This document shows positions 51,430 through 64,000 of a stretch of 64,000 bases of DNA, in pieces. Source of the DNA: Octopus vulgaris (lineage: Eukaryota). The notes beneath the pieces were generated by a model. That model had not been told where the DNA came from. It searched no databases and worked only from the letters and a program-made list of their open reading frames with translations. The stretch lies in contig OX597820.1 of the NCBI GenBank assembly GCA_951406725.2, positions 60,388,001-60,452,000 of the forward strand, in the 5' to 3' direction. Every line of letters begins with the position of its first letter. Position 1 is the first letter of the stretch. Position numbers and translations under genes: made by a program.

Positions 51430-52969
51430 TAAATCTACTAAAGTAAAAGAACCCATATCTGATCCTGTTTATCTTTAGGGTAAAAACTAGCGTAACTCCT
51501 TATATAAAATAAAAACTTACCAGCTTTGGAATGGCTTGATAGCACAAAACGAATTGTAAATTCCTTCAGTTTGATATTGTCAATTTTTATTCCTCTGTTT
51601 CTAAACTATAACTACTTAGCTTTCACTTATACTATTACATCCATTACCGATTCAAATATTAATATCATTCAACATGCTAAGAAGCTACTCTCTGCTATAG
51701 AAAATACAGGCAGGGTAAAAAAGAATAGAGGGAATTTGGTTGGGTTAAGTATGGGTTGGGTGATTTTGAATGGGCGGCGATGTGTGAAACCATTGGTTAT
51801 GAGAAAAGGTGGAAGAAAATTGCAAATATGTTGAGAGCGAATGAGCCGACTTGAGCGAGAGCATAAAAGTTACCAAAAGTTCAGTGTTGGAACGTGGTCT
51901 GTGGGGTCGTACCCGTACCTCACTTCTTTATTGTTTTTTTCATTCGTTTTTCTCATATGCAATTATCATTAATTTTTAAATTTTGTGTCTCATGATGTTG
52001 TACCATCCGATCCCCGACACCTTGTCTGTCCTTGTGTTGTCATCTCTATGTTTTAACCTAAAACCCATTGCCTACCATGAGCCACATTTGGGGATCTGCT
52101 AAAAACAGTCTCACTCTTTTCAGTGTATTGTTTATGTACATTACGTTTGCAGAGGTGTGTTTAACAATATTTAGCAGTTAAAGTTTGTCATTATCAGCCC
52201 TGACTAACTCTAGAATGCATTTTGTCATAAATCGCAATTTTTGAACTACCAAAATATTGACTGTTTTGAAAAGGTTTTTTTTTTTTTTTAGCATTTCCCA
52301 TTTATATCATTCATTGATATGTCATACACATTCGCATTTTCAAAAAAAATAATATATTTATTATTGCAATTGTATAGAAAAGGATAAATTTGCTTTTTTT
52401 CAGCGATGCCCCATTTGGGACTTTTCTAAAAATTTATCATAATTTCCAAACTAATTCACATATGAAGAAAATTTAAATACCATATATCATTTTAACTCCT
52501 AAGACACCTGGCAAAGCCAAAAATATGACTAAAAAAATTTGGCAGTTAATGGGTTAATATGTTTTTGAATTTATTGCATAAAAGGTTCCTGATGCCAGAT
52601 GAAATATAAACTGCCATAATATAGACAGATTCAGGAGAGATATGTTAGTATTCAATGAATTAGAATTAAAAGTCACTCTTAAGAACACCTTACAAAAGTA
52701 ACATCTCTAGACATAACGTTAGATTTAGATGCTACCAATTTTTTCGCTTGTCATAAACTTAATGAGAAGTTCTTTTTTTAAATATGTATGTATTAATAAA
52801 GGTTCTTATCATTAACCAAATACGCAACGTCGTTTCATCTTCAATGTAAGTAAATATATCATCACTATTCTTGAATACAGATACTTTTTCAAAAGATTAG
52901 CATATCTCTTGCGAAGCATTCGGTGGTAGAGCCTGTTCAAATAGTCTATTTCCAGTATTTTATCTCTCA

Positions 52970-53003
<34 letters not shown>

Positions 53004-53480
53004 CTTATACATGTATGCGCGCGTGTGTGATCTTTCATTGTCCAGTTTTTAGTTTAAAAGCTAGAATAAATATAGCCAAAAACTTTCTTTATAGCGAAAA
53101 TAGTTGTCATAAAAGTTTCAATAGAATGTTATAAAAGTTTCTTTTGTGGCAAAAATTTCGGAAACTTCATAACTTCAATTAATGCTAAACACATGTCACA
53201 AAACAACATTACCACAACCGAGAGCAGGTTTAATTATAGAAACCCTGGTAACTGCTCGCTCAATGTAAAATATCATGTCTCTTCTTTGGTGTCCTGTGGC
53301 AAGGTCGAATTAAAAGTGAACTATGGCTCGTTGCCGAAATCTTACAGCAGATTAACGGAAACTACATTTAAAATACAATTTTACTGACACAAGCACTTGT
53401 TGTTCAGTCCGAGCGAATAATTTGCGGCTGGATTATGTATATCATTTATAAATATATTTAGAGATCAAGAAAAGTATTAA
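51430..53480 (+). pseudogene. Old Naiad-type Penelope-like element (RT plus GIY-YIG), interrupted by insertions
   Basis: QFDIVNFYSSVSK; INIIQHAKKLL...KK...SMG; LDITLDL...HKLNE; NYRNPGNCSLNVK...SLV...KSYSRLTETTFK. Confidence 0.75.
52064..52553. mobile_element. piggyBac-like MITE inserted in the old PLE
   Basis: taaaaCCCATTgcctacc ... ggcagttAATGGGttaa. Confidence 0.55.
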
Positions 53481-53719
53481 CAAGTTGTACTGGGTATTCA
53501 TGTTACCAGTAGTATTCAAGAGCAAGCGACCTGGCACAAAGGATGGAGGAACTCATGAGTGTCAATGGCTATCCAACATTGTTTACATATTGTTTAATTA
53601 TGCATCGGGTCACTTGCCCTTGAGTACTTCTAGTGACAAGTTACCCAGTACAATTTGTTACATTGTTGGATCGTCGGGGATTATACAGGTAACTAAGCCT
53701 GCTAAGTTGATATTCTTAT

Positions 53720-54204
<485 letters not shown>

Positions 54205-55039
54205 CTTTTATATTTTGTATATTTTGTATATATTTTGTATTTTGTATTCTAGCTTAATTGAAAAGCGCGGTTTACTCTCCAGTTTTATCTGTACTTCGAT
54301 AGTCAGGTGAGAAGAGTGCTCAGTGAAGCATACAATGTTGTGTAAAACGATTGTAAGCAAACCTTTGATGGTTCATTTACGTGAAAGTTCTACTTGAGCT
54401 TTGGGGGCTGGGGGTACCAGGTATGTGTTGAAGTCAAAGAAAAAGTTCCTAGCCTCTCCACAAAGGACTGCTGTGCGTGATTTCTAAGATCACATTCTCC
54501 ACGAGTTAGCCCTGACTAAAGACTGCGGATCCATGGGAGTAAACACTGACTATAAATCCTGCTTTTCTATGGGCAGCAGCGACTCTAGAGACATATGTCA
54601 ACAGATCGGCATCATGGCAAAGAGTACCGTGGTCTCGGGGAGGAACTTTATTGACAACTGGAGGGCACATCAACTCAAGTATGCTGAACATCTTGCTGAG
54701 AAAGAAACCAAAAAAAATCCTGAAAATTTATCAGTCACTGATAAGCTTTGCAGCATTCAAAAAGGGGATATGGTGCTGCACAAATGACTCAAAATATACT
54801 AATGCACATGTTATCTTGAAAATGAATGATTACCATCTGAAAAATGAGTTGTTCTTCTTGAAAGTCCAATGGCAATAGAGGAGTGATAGCATATACAGTT
54901 TAACAGACTGAAAGTATGTAGCTGCAAACCTGAACTTTGGCAATCTACTGCGTGTCATAATGTAATTTTCAATGGCGAAAAAAAATAGAGACAACAGCTC
55001 GGCAGCGCATCTGACAATTAAGTAGACTGTTAAAGTTGG

Positions 55040-56900
55040 TTATTGAAATATTCGTACCTTACTTTCTTAGGATGTGAAAATAGGAGTGTTCTTTTAGCAG
55101 AGGAGTTAAAGAGATATGACATTCGTTGATGTCACAGCATGTCTTGCTAACGAAGGGCAGATCACCAAATTCAATGCAGGCTATACGTTCTTCTGGAAAG
55201 GGAAAGCAGAGAAAGAGGACAGAGGGAGTAGTGTAGGATTTGCTATAAAGACCAAGTTAGTTGAGAGACTCGAAGAATTACCTTTTTGGCACATCTGATA
55301 GGACAATAAAGCTTCGACTACCATTGGATAAAGGAAGATAAACCACTACAGTCAGTGTTTATGCTCTCACAATGTAACATTCTGAAAAGAGTATGCTACT
55401 GTTCGAGGCTGATCTGAGAAAGTTGTTATCTGGTACTCACAAGGATAACAAGATATTTCTAACGAGAGACTTTAATGCTAGAGTAGGAACTGAGCGAAAT
55501 ATTTGGCATTGTCTGGGAAAATATTGTTTTCGTAAAACCAACAGCAATGGACTGCATCTCCTACAATTATGCAATGCGTATAATCTGACCATTAGCAACA
55601 CGTTTTTCGTAAAAAAAGCAAGTACAAAGAGATATGGATGCATCCATGTTCTGAGCATATGATTGACTATATTGTTACTAAAAAGCGTGATCTACAGGAT
55701 ATAGAAACAATGAAAGTCATGAGGTATTGAGTACGAGACTGAATATCAATTAGTTAGAGTCAAGGTTAGGCTTAAGAAGCAGTCTTAGTTTCAACGCAAA
55801 ACAACTATACACAGAAAGCTTGCTGTGGACGAACTTCAGTGAAAAAAAAAAAACCAAAAGAAAACTCAAGATGTGTTGAAAGTAGTCATTGAAAGGTGAA
55901 TATTTGGGAGAGTTTCAAGAAAAAGATAGACAAAAGATAGAAAAAGATAGGCGCAGGAGTGGCTGTGTGGTAAGTAGCTTGCTTACCAACCACATGGTTC
56001 TGGGTTCAGTCCTACTGCATGACACCTTGGGCAAGTGTCTTCTACTATAGCCTCGGGCCGACCAAAGCCTTGTGAGTGGATTTGGTAGACAGAAACTGAA
56101 AGAAGCCCGTCGTATATATGTATATATATATATGTGTGTGTGTGTATATGTTTGTGTGTCTCCGTTTGTCCCCAACATCGCTTGACAACCAATGGTGGTG
56201 TGTTTACGTCCCCGTAACTTAGTGGTTCGGCAAAAAGAGACCGATAGAATAAGTACTAGTGTTCCAAAGAATAGGTCCTGGCGTTGATTTGCTCGACTAA
56301 AGGTGGTGCTCCAGCATGGCCGCAGTCAAATGATTGAAACAAGTAAAGAGTAAAGCGTAACACATCTAAAGAAATTCTGGACATTAAAAACCGGAAACAA
56401 GACTAGTCCTATGAGAATGATTTGCAAACTGCTGGAGAGAAAACAAATACTACAAGAAGAGACACTACTTCCAAATTTATCTTCAATCGATAAGAAGAAA
56501 GCAGTGGTAACATTAAAGAAAATGAAAGGAAAAGTGTAAAATGTTTTCAGAGCATCCAGAATGCCTGGTGGAAAGAAAAATCCCGAACCCTTCAAAACAT
56601 GTCAAACGTTTAAAGATTGTAAGATAATGTATCAACTGCAGCAAGAAGTCTTAGGTTTGTTCTTTTTAAGGCTAAGGATGGAAATAAGATCTGGAAGCAG
56701 CCAAATGAGATACAGATTTGGTGGAGGAAACACTACAGTGAGCTATTGAACAGGATATTAAGCAGCGAACATTAAAGAAATGTTCAGATGAGGTATCAAA
56801 TCACGAAGGAGTCAACAAAGCCATATTACAAATGAACAATGGGAAATCACCTGCCATGGACGAAAGACTTGCAGAGGTGCTGAAATGTGGGGGAGACAAG
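55040..56900 (+). pseudogene. RTE-clade LINE remnant (AP endonuclease and linker), split by a SINE
   Basis: GYTFFWKGK...VGFAIK; SVYA; DFNARVG; NSNGLHLLQLC...LTISNTFF; WMHP; IDYIV...D; GKSPAMD...AEVLKCGG. Confidence 0.88.
55948..56354 (+). mobile_element. SINE family A nested in RTE remnant
   Basis: Full-length copy. Confidence 0.9.
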
Positions 56901-57045
56901 CTGTATGTATGCATGCATGTTTGTATGAGTGTATGCGTGTATGCATGAATATATGTATTATGCGTGCATGTATGTATGAAGAAATGGACGAAACTTGTAT
57001 GTTGCAACTGAAAATATTTGCCAACTCACTTAGTCATTACTATAC

Positions 57046-57079
<34 letters not shown>

Positions 57080-57092
57080 ATATGTGTGTGTA

Positions 57093-57130
<38 letters not shown>

Positions 57131-57954
57131 GGTCATTGACATTGTTGAACAGTCATTTTAGCCATTTGTAATCTTTAATACCACAAAACTGTTAAACTCA
57201 TTTGTAATTTCTATTGTGCCAGGTCAACACTTTTAGCAAACTGGTCGTAATTTGTAGCCAACGCAAATTTCGACTCCTCAGTAAATAAACAAAAGTGAAT
57301 TCAACAGGTTTTTTGGGTTGGTAGGGGTGATGGGGGTTGTTCTGAACTGGCTAAAACGGCTCTTCAGTAGTGCAATTGCTCCAGTTTCAGCAATTTATTC
57401 TTTCAGTAATTACAACAAATTACTTGCTAGGCAAGGTACAGCGCCAACATACACACACACACACTCATATACATGTATATCTATCTGTCTGTCTGTCTAC
57501 GTGTGTTTTGTATAAAATTATGTACAAAGACAAAATATTAACCGAAAAAAAAAAAGAAACATTGAAATTTATTTTTCCAAAGAAATATTTGGCAGTGACT
57601 GCGAAGTGTCGCTGTGTGTTGGCTTCATGTAACTGTGAATATACGTTATTGTTTAATTCCTATGTTATCTGGTTAACAGCCTCGGTTAGACTATCCTATG
57701 ATGTTGAGATCTAATAGACAGAATCTTGTCTAACGTAATCATGAAAATCTATTCTGAAAGAGTTTCTCTGGTTATCAGTATTGAAGGTTTGATGTATTTG
57801 AGTGTGGAAGCATTTCTAAATCGTCTGAAATTTTAAAAAAATGTGAATGTGCAGTTAAATTCATTTTCAAGCATTGTAACTTAATCGAATCAGCTTTGTC
57901 ATAGCATTTCTAAAGCAATTTCATGAATAACATAAATCTAGACAATTCTTTTAC

Positions 57955-58135
57955 CTTTCTATTTATTTCACTCATTGTCGCCATGCTGGAGCACCGCCTT
58001 AAAGGATTTTAGTCGAACAGCTCCAGTACTTATTTTTTAAAGTCTTTTTTTTTTGCCAAACTACCAAGTTACAGGGACGTAAACAAACCAACACTTGATG
58101 TCAAGTGGTGTACGAAGACAAACACAGACACAAAG

Positions 58136-58175
<40 letters not shown>

Positions 58176-58525
58176 CGGGCTACCAATACTTTCCGAAATT
58201 CACTCACACGGCTCGGGTCTATAGTAGAAGACACCTGTTTTCAATGTGCTGTGCAGTCAGACTGAACCTGAAACCATATAGTTGCAAAGTGACTATATAT
58301 ATGTATGTGTGTGTACATGTTTGTGTGTCTGTGTTTGTCCCCCCAACATCGCTTGACAACCGATGCTGGTGAGTTTACGTCCCCGTAACTTAGCGGTTCG
58401 CTAAAACAGACGGGTAGAATAAGTACTAGCCTCGCAAAGAATAAGTCCTGGGGTCGATTTGCTCGACTAAAGGCGGCGCTCCAGCATGGCCGCAGTCAAA
58501 TGACTGAAACAAGTAAAAGGGAAAG
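57955..58525. mobile_element. Head-to-head SINE family A pieces (old minus copy plus young plus-strand 3' half)
   Basis: Homology to family A on both strands. Confidence 0.8.
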
Positions 58526-58739
58526 AGAAAGAGAAAAAGAGAATATATATTCAATTATGTATTCATATATTTAACATTTTGCTGCAATAGAATGGATAGC
58601 ATGCAGTCACTTTCTTTCCTTAGCTTTTCAAATTGTTCCGTCAATTGACTGAGATAATTCTCTTCTCGGTATATAACTCATTCTGTGCAAAAAGTGAAAG
58701 AGACTGATTTTCTGTTCAAAGATGTTTAATTCAATAGAA

Positions 58740-59055
58740 TCAACACACGTGGGCATGCCTACAAAGTCAGAAAACAGCGTAGCTTCCATGACTTTTCACA
58801 CTCAGAGTTGCTGAAACATGGAATAAATTACCTACATCAGTTGTTAGCTGCCGAGACATTGCATCCTTTAAAACCTTCATGCTTCCTGAAATCTGCCAAC
58901 TGTACACCTGATATCCCCTACCACCATACGCATACACACGAGTATATCATGGCTCATACACTGTGCACTTTCCTGACATTTGTACATAATTCTATGTCCT
59001 ATACATGCACCTTTGATAATTTGTAGTGCACCTGAGCACTGTACACAATAATTTC
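58740..59055 (+). pseudogene. CR1-clade LINE 3' end
   Basis: TRGHAYKVRKQ...FTLRVAETWNKLPTSVVSCRDIASFK followed by 3' UTR. Confidence 0.8.
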
Positions 59056-59079
59056 TTCTTCATCATCATCATCATCACC

Positions 59080-59665
59080 AGTACCAGTTACGTACCAGTT
59101 ACGTACCAGTTACGCACTGGGGTCGATATACTCGACCTAATCCGTTTGTCTATCCTTGTTTGTCCTCTCTGTGTTTAGCCCCTTGTGGATAGTAAAGAAA
59201 TAGGTATTTCGTCTGCCGTTACGTTCTGAGTTCAAATTCCGCCGAGGTCGATTTTGTCTTTCATCCTTTCGGGGTCGATAAATTAAGTACCAGTTACACA
59301 CTGGGGTCGATGTAATCGACTTAATTCCTTTGTCTGTCCTTGTTTGTCCCCTCTATGTTTAGCCCCCTGTGAGCAATAAAGAAATAAGAAACGTTAGCTC
59401 GCCGGGCGAAATGCTTAGCAGTATTTCGTCTGCCATAAGGGTTTTAAAAGGCGGCGAACTGGCAGAAACGTTAGCACGCCCGGCGAAATGCTTAGCGCTA
59501 TTTCGTATGTCTTTATGTTCTGAGTTCAAATTCTGCAGAGGTCGACATTGCCTTTCATCCTTTCGGGATCGATTAAATAAGTACCAGTTGCGTACTGGGG
59601 TCGATCTAATCGACTGGCCTCTTTCCCTAAAATTTCGGGCCTTGTGCCTAGAGTAGAAAAGAATA
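59080..59665 (+). mobile_element. SINE family B tandem array
   Basis: Repeated body units. GTACCAGTTAC triplicated at the 5' junction. Confidence 0.85.
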
Positions 59666-60392
59666 TTAATTTGACAGTATTTCATGAGGTTACTCGCGTA
59701 ATTGGTCCATTATTGGTGGAAAATTGTTCATAATAGTGATTTATTCTATATTAAGTGTTGCAATAAAGAGCATTTGTGATGCGTTGAAAGGAGTTCATCA
59801 TGCATTACCTTGTTGCCAAAAGTTATCTTCTTTTTTTTTTAGTATAGAGATCTCGTAAAAAGTGATCAAATCCCAAACATGCAACATTAATATAAGTTGG
59901 TAATGTTCACACTATAAAGAAACAAAAGGAAAGTGTCTATTCTCTTCGTCCACGTGATATTTTCATTCTTCTTTCTGCCAACTTAGAAAATCCTATTAAG
60001 GAGAAATACTACGCCTCCATATAATTCACTTAAAAGAAGACAAAAGGGAGAGCCAACACAGTGAAGTTGAAACATTTTGAAAAGTAGAACACTTCAAGTG
60101 GGAGGATATACATATTAACAGAAAATAATGCAGGCCGCAATATTTTTATTATTTCATTATTAAATATATTCAAAATATATCATGCTTACGCGACAACATA
60201 TTCACGAGGAACTCCCCGGTGCTTAATTGATAGTCTTTATTGTTAACAAGGGAGTCACGTGGAGAAACTCATATTGAATTATAGCATATTTTGTACATTC
60301 GGACTGAAAGAGAAAAATAGCATTTGAGAGAATGATCTACCTACTTGTTATGTTATGAATACTGTCATCTCTCTTTTCTCTTTATCTTTTCT

Positions 60393-60793
60393 CTTTTACT
60401 TGTTTCAGTCATTTGACTGTGGCCATGCTGGAGCACCGCCTTTAGTCGAGGAAATCGACCCCAGGACTTATTCTTTGTAAGTCTAGAACTTATTCTATCG
60501 GTCTCTTTAACCGAACCGCTAAGTTACGGGGACGTAAACACACCAGCATCGGTTGTTAAGAGATGTTGGGGGGACAAACACAGACACACAAACACACACA
60601 CACACATATATATATATATACATATATACGACGGGGTCTTTTTCAGTTTCCGTCTACCAAATCCATTCACAAGGCTTTGGTCGGCCCGAGGCTATAGTAG
60701 AAGACACTTGCCCAAGGTGACACGCAGTGGGACTGAACCTGGAACCATGTGGTTGGTAAGCAAGCTACTTACCACACAGCCACTCCTGCGCCT
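60393..60793 (-). mobile_element. SINE family A
   Basis: Full-length copy. Confidence 0.9.
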
Positions 60794-61065
60794 CTTAACA
60801 TCATTAACTCTTTAGAGTGATCTTGGAATTATTCTCTTGGCAGGTTGATTCTTTGACTCGATTTCGATTCCCACCCATCTCATCTAATTTTGGACAGCAA
60901 TGTCAAGAGAAAAGAATGAATGTTACAACAACCTCATTTTTTTTTTTTTCTGAAACTTTGTTTTTCCATGCGAATACTCTAAAGTAAATAAGGATAGATA
61001 AAGATACCCAGCTCTGTCCGATTGATGCTTGGACCATTGAAAAAAGAGGGACTCATGCACTAGGC

Positions 61066-61524
61066 CAGTGGTTTTTAACCTGGGAGGTAACGCCCTTTTC
61101 TGTTGGTGTTTAGAGGGATCGGGATTTTTCTTAGAAAAAAAAACCCTACTTATATTTTAAACACACTATTGAAAACATCTTTGTCAGGATTAGAATATGT
61201 ATTGATCATTGTGTTATCAGTGAGCAGGAACATGATTGATGATGTGCTAAGGTCCATTTTATTTTCATTAAATAGACCCTCACCTTCGTTAATAATTTTC
61301 TTAGAAATTTAGCACAGGTACACTACCCCACGCAAGTATCCGAAAAGAAGCACATATTTATAAGGGACAATATTAGAAAATGTGGATTAAAAAAAAAACC
61401 CATTCCACAAGATTAGCTTTTGCTTGATTAAAATTTTTTTTTTTTTTTTTCATAGGTAGAAGGTGTTAGTAAAATACCTTTTGGCGAAAGAATGCTCTGA
61501 GTTACAAAAGGTTGAGAACCACAG
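61066..61524. mobile_element. hAT (Charlie-like) MITE
   Basis: CAGTGGTTTTTAACCT / AGGTTGAGAACCACAG. Degenerate 8-bp TSD cactaggc/tacttggc. Confidence 0.7.
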
Positions 61525-62902
61525 TACTTGGCTAAGCGTCTTAGGGTACTCGAATGAGGGTGCGCCAAAAATAGTTTCAAATTTTGGCACCAGGTTAGCA
61601 AGTTCGAGGGAAGGAGATTAGATCAACCCCAGAGCTCAGCTGGTACTTATTTCATCGACCCCGAAAGGATGAAAGACATAATCAACCTCGGCAGAATTTG
61701 ATCTGAGAACATAAAGCATTTTCTCCAGCGTGCTAACGTCTCTGCTAGTTCGCCGCCTTGGGTGTGCCAGAAGCAGTAAAAGCAAAACCACGCATCAAAT
61801 ATTTAAAAACCATATTTATCAACGAGTGAAGGTACGTGGCCTAATGGTTAGGGGGTTGTTGGCAAGATCATGGTTTCGATTCTCGGACCAGACGGTGTAT
61901 TGTGTTCTTGAGTAAAAAATTTCATTTTCCGTTGCTTCAGTCTGCTAATCTGTAAATGAGCAACCTGGCCTCCTGTACAGGAATATACTGTGATCTCGGT
62001 CGCTTATATGCCATATGAGTCGAGGCAGTAATGTCCAGGGGATTTATTTATCAGCGAATAATTACTGTAGTCATTTGAACACTGCTTTTTACAAGAACAG
62101 AAAGTTTATTCATTAATAATTAAATTAGAACTACTAGTATTAGTCTCAAATTTTGGCACAAGGCCAGCAAGTTCGGAGGTACGTCGACCCCTATGTTCAA
62201 CTGGTACTTATTTTATCGACCCCAAAAGGAAGAAAGGCAGAGTCGGCCTCGATAGAATTTGAACTCAGAACGTAAAGATGGACGAAATGCCGCTAAGCAG
62301 ACTACTCGGCGTGCAAAGGATTCTGCCTGCTCGCCACCTTAATGATATAAGCTACAGTTCCTGGTTGTATTCAGCACTTTTATAAACTGAAAAAAAAAAA
62401 AACCCTCAAAAAATACCAACGACTAAGAATATTCCTTTCTACTCTAGGAACACGGCCCGAAATTTTGGGGGAGGTGCCCAGTCGATCAGATCGACCCCAG
62501 TACGCAACTGGTACTTAATTTATCGACTCCGAAAGGATGAAAGGCAAAGTCGACCAAGAATATTAAGTTTCAGACGAGAAAATTGAGTTTCTCGTCTGAA
62601 CTGAAAATGATCTTTATTTAGAAATCTTTCTCTCTTCCCCCCTCTCTCTCTGTCTGGTTGTTTATTTTTAAAGGAGCATTTCTATTTCTGGCGCGCCCAA
62701 GGCGGCTGAGTTGTTAGCACACCAGACAAAATGCTTAGCAATTCATAGAAAAGTAAGGTATCTTGAAAAGATGAGCTTAAATAAACTGAAGGGGCGTGAT
62801 TAATCCGTAAGTAATCCAGTATGTGAATAAAAAATTGTTAAAATTTGAAGAAAAGAAAATAAAGTTTAAGAAATTCAGATTTTAAAAATAAACATAGTCA
62901 CT

Positions 62903-63140
62903 GTGGTTTAGTGGTTAGGGTGTCAGCATCATGATCGTAAGATTGTGGTTTCGATTCCTGGACCGGGCGTCGCGTTGTGTTCTTGAGCAAAACACTTTAT
63001 TTCACGTTGGTCCAGTCCACTCAGCTGGCAAAATGAGTAACGCTGCGATGGACTGGCGTCCCATCCAGCTGGGGAACACATACTCCATTGAAACCGGGAA
63101 ACCGGGCTCATGAGCCTGGCTAGGCTTTAAAAGGGCGCAT
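62903..63140 (+). mobile_element. SINE family C variant
   Basis: V-like motif. TSD ACATAGTCACT on both sides. Confidence 0.8.
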
Positions 63141-63554
63141 TCATTATTATATACATAGTCACTAAGTGTAAAAACAATTGCTTCGTGACGATATGAATAA
63201 TCAGCGTCAACTACTTCAAGTCATCTCTATTCATCACAATCTATCACAGGAGTTTCCTCTCAGACAATTCCATCACAATATGCCTCGATGGGGCTCTCAC
63301 CGATCCACATTCTCCAAAAAACCTGGATTGTTGTCCACATTCTTCTCTTACTACTTTCTATACAGTAATGAACTACCTGATATTATCATTTATTATCACA
63401 TACACCCATTCCCAGAAAATGACACGTATCAGTCTTTAACGTGCTACTAAAAAGTATTTATCCACATGTAATCTAGATGAGTGTTTCTGTGATTAGTTTC
63501 TGAAGATTTGCAATGCATCCGTAAATAGACATTAACTAGAGCGATTAGACACAC

Positions 63555-63659
<105 letters not shown>

Positions 63660-64000
63660 TGTCTCGGCTCAAAATGAGCCCAGACCATGTCTAACTTGGT
63701 CATTTTAAAGTCATTTTAAAGTTTTGTTTTGTGGCATACTCTATTCAAGGAGGGAGTTGTTGACTGAGATATTCTAGGTATAGGTAGTTTAGTATCCCTT
63801 GACGAAATTTGTCCACATATAGTTTGAAAGTGATGGGGTGTTTTCTTTATATATACCAAGCTTTCCTAATATAGAAACGATACATATATCAACTCCTGAA
63901 AACTGCTTTTAATACTAGGTCTCTCAAGCCAATATTTCCTAATAGTGACACACACATATAACAACAAAAACTGAATTCTCCTCCTCAAATGAAAACAATA

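Noticed and set aside
62568-62600. Perfect 13-bp hairpin TTCAGACGAGAAA/TTTCTCGTCTGAA
   Set aside because: Isolated short inversion next to a truncated SINE, with no supporting context.

Overview
AT-rich, repeat-saturated animal genomic DNA. The SINE, microsatellite and retroelement inventory looks like an octopus or other coleoid cephalopod genome (inference, not a database result). Almost all ORFs in the supplied track are artefacts of SINEs and microsatellites. Real coding signal is limited to retroelement and transposon remnants (Penelope-like/Naiad-type GIY-YIG and RT, an R4/Dong-type RLE LINE inside (TAA)n, RTE, CR1, Gypsy gag, mariner) plus one candidate small spliced host gene on the minus strand (about 71 aa, promoter near 16.5 kb). 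The most notable signal is a cluster of about 10 minimal type I hammerhead ribozyme motifs from at least 4-5 families. Most have a self-complementary (dimerising) stem III and are carried by Penelope-like terminal repeats, usually next to (TA)n. Three loci form tail-outward inverted pairs, and two of these lie inside the candidate gene's intron. Also present: a Helitron, hAT/piggyBac/pogo/Merlin-like MITEs (one carrying telomeric repeats), multimeric SINEs, a locally templated inversion and a perfect (TA)n-centred palindrome. All coordinates were read by eye, and ends of degenerate elements are approximate.
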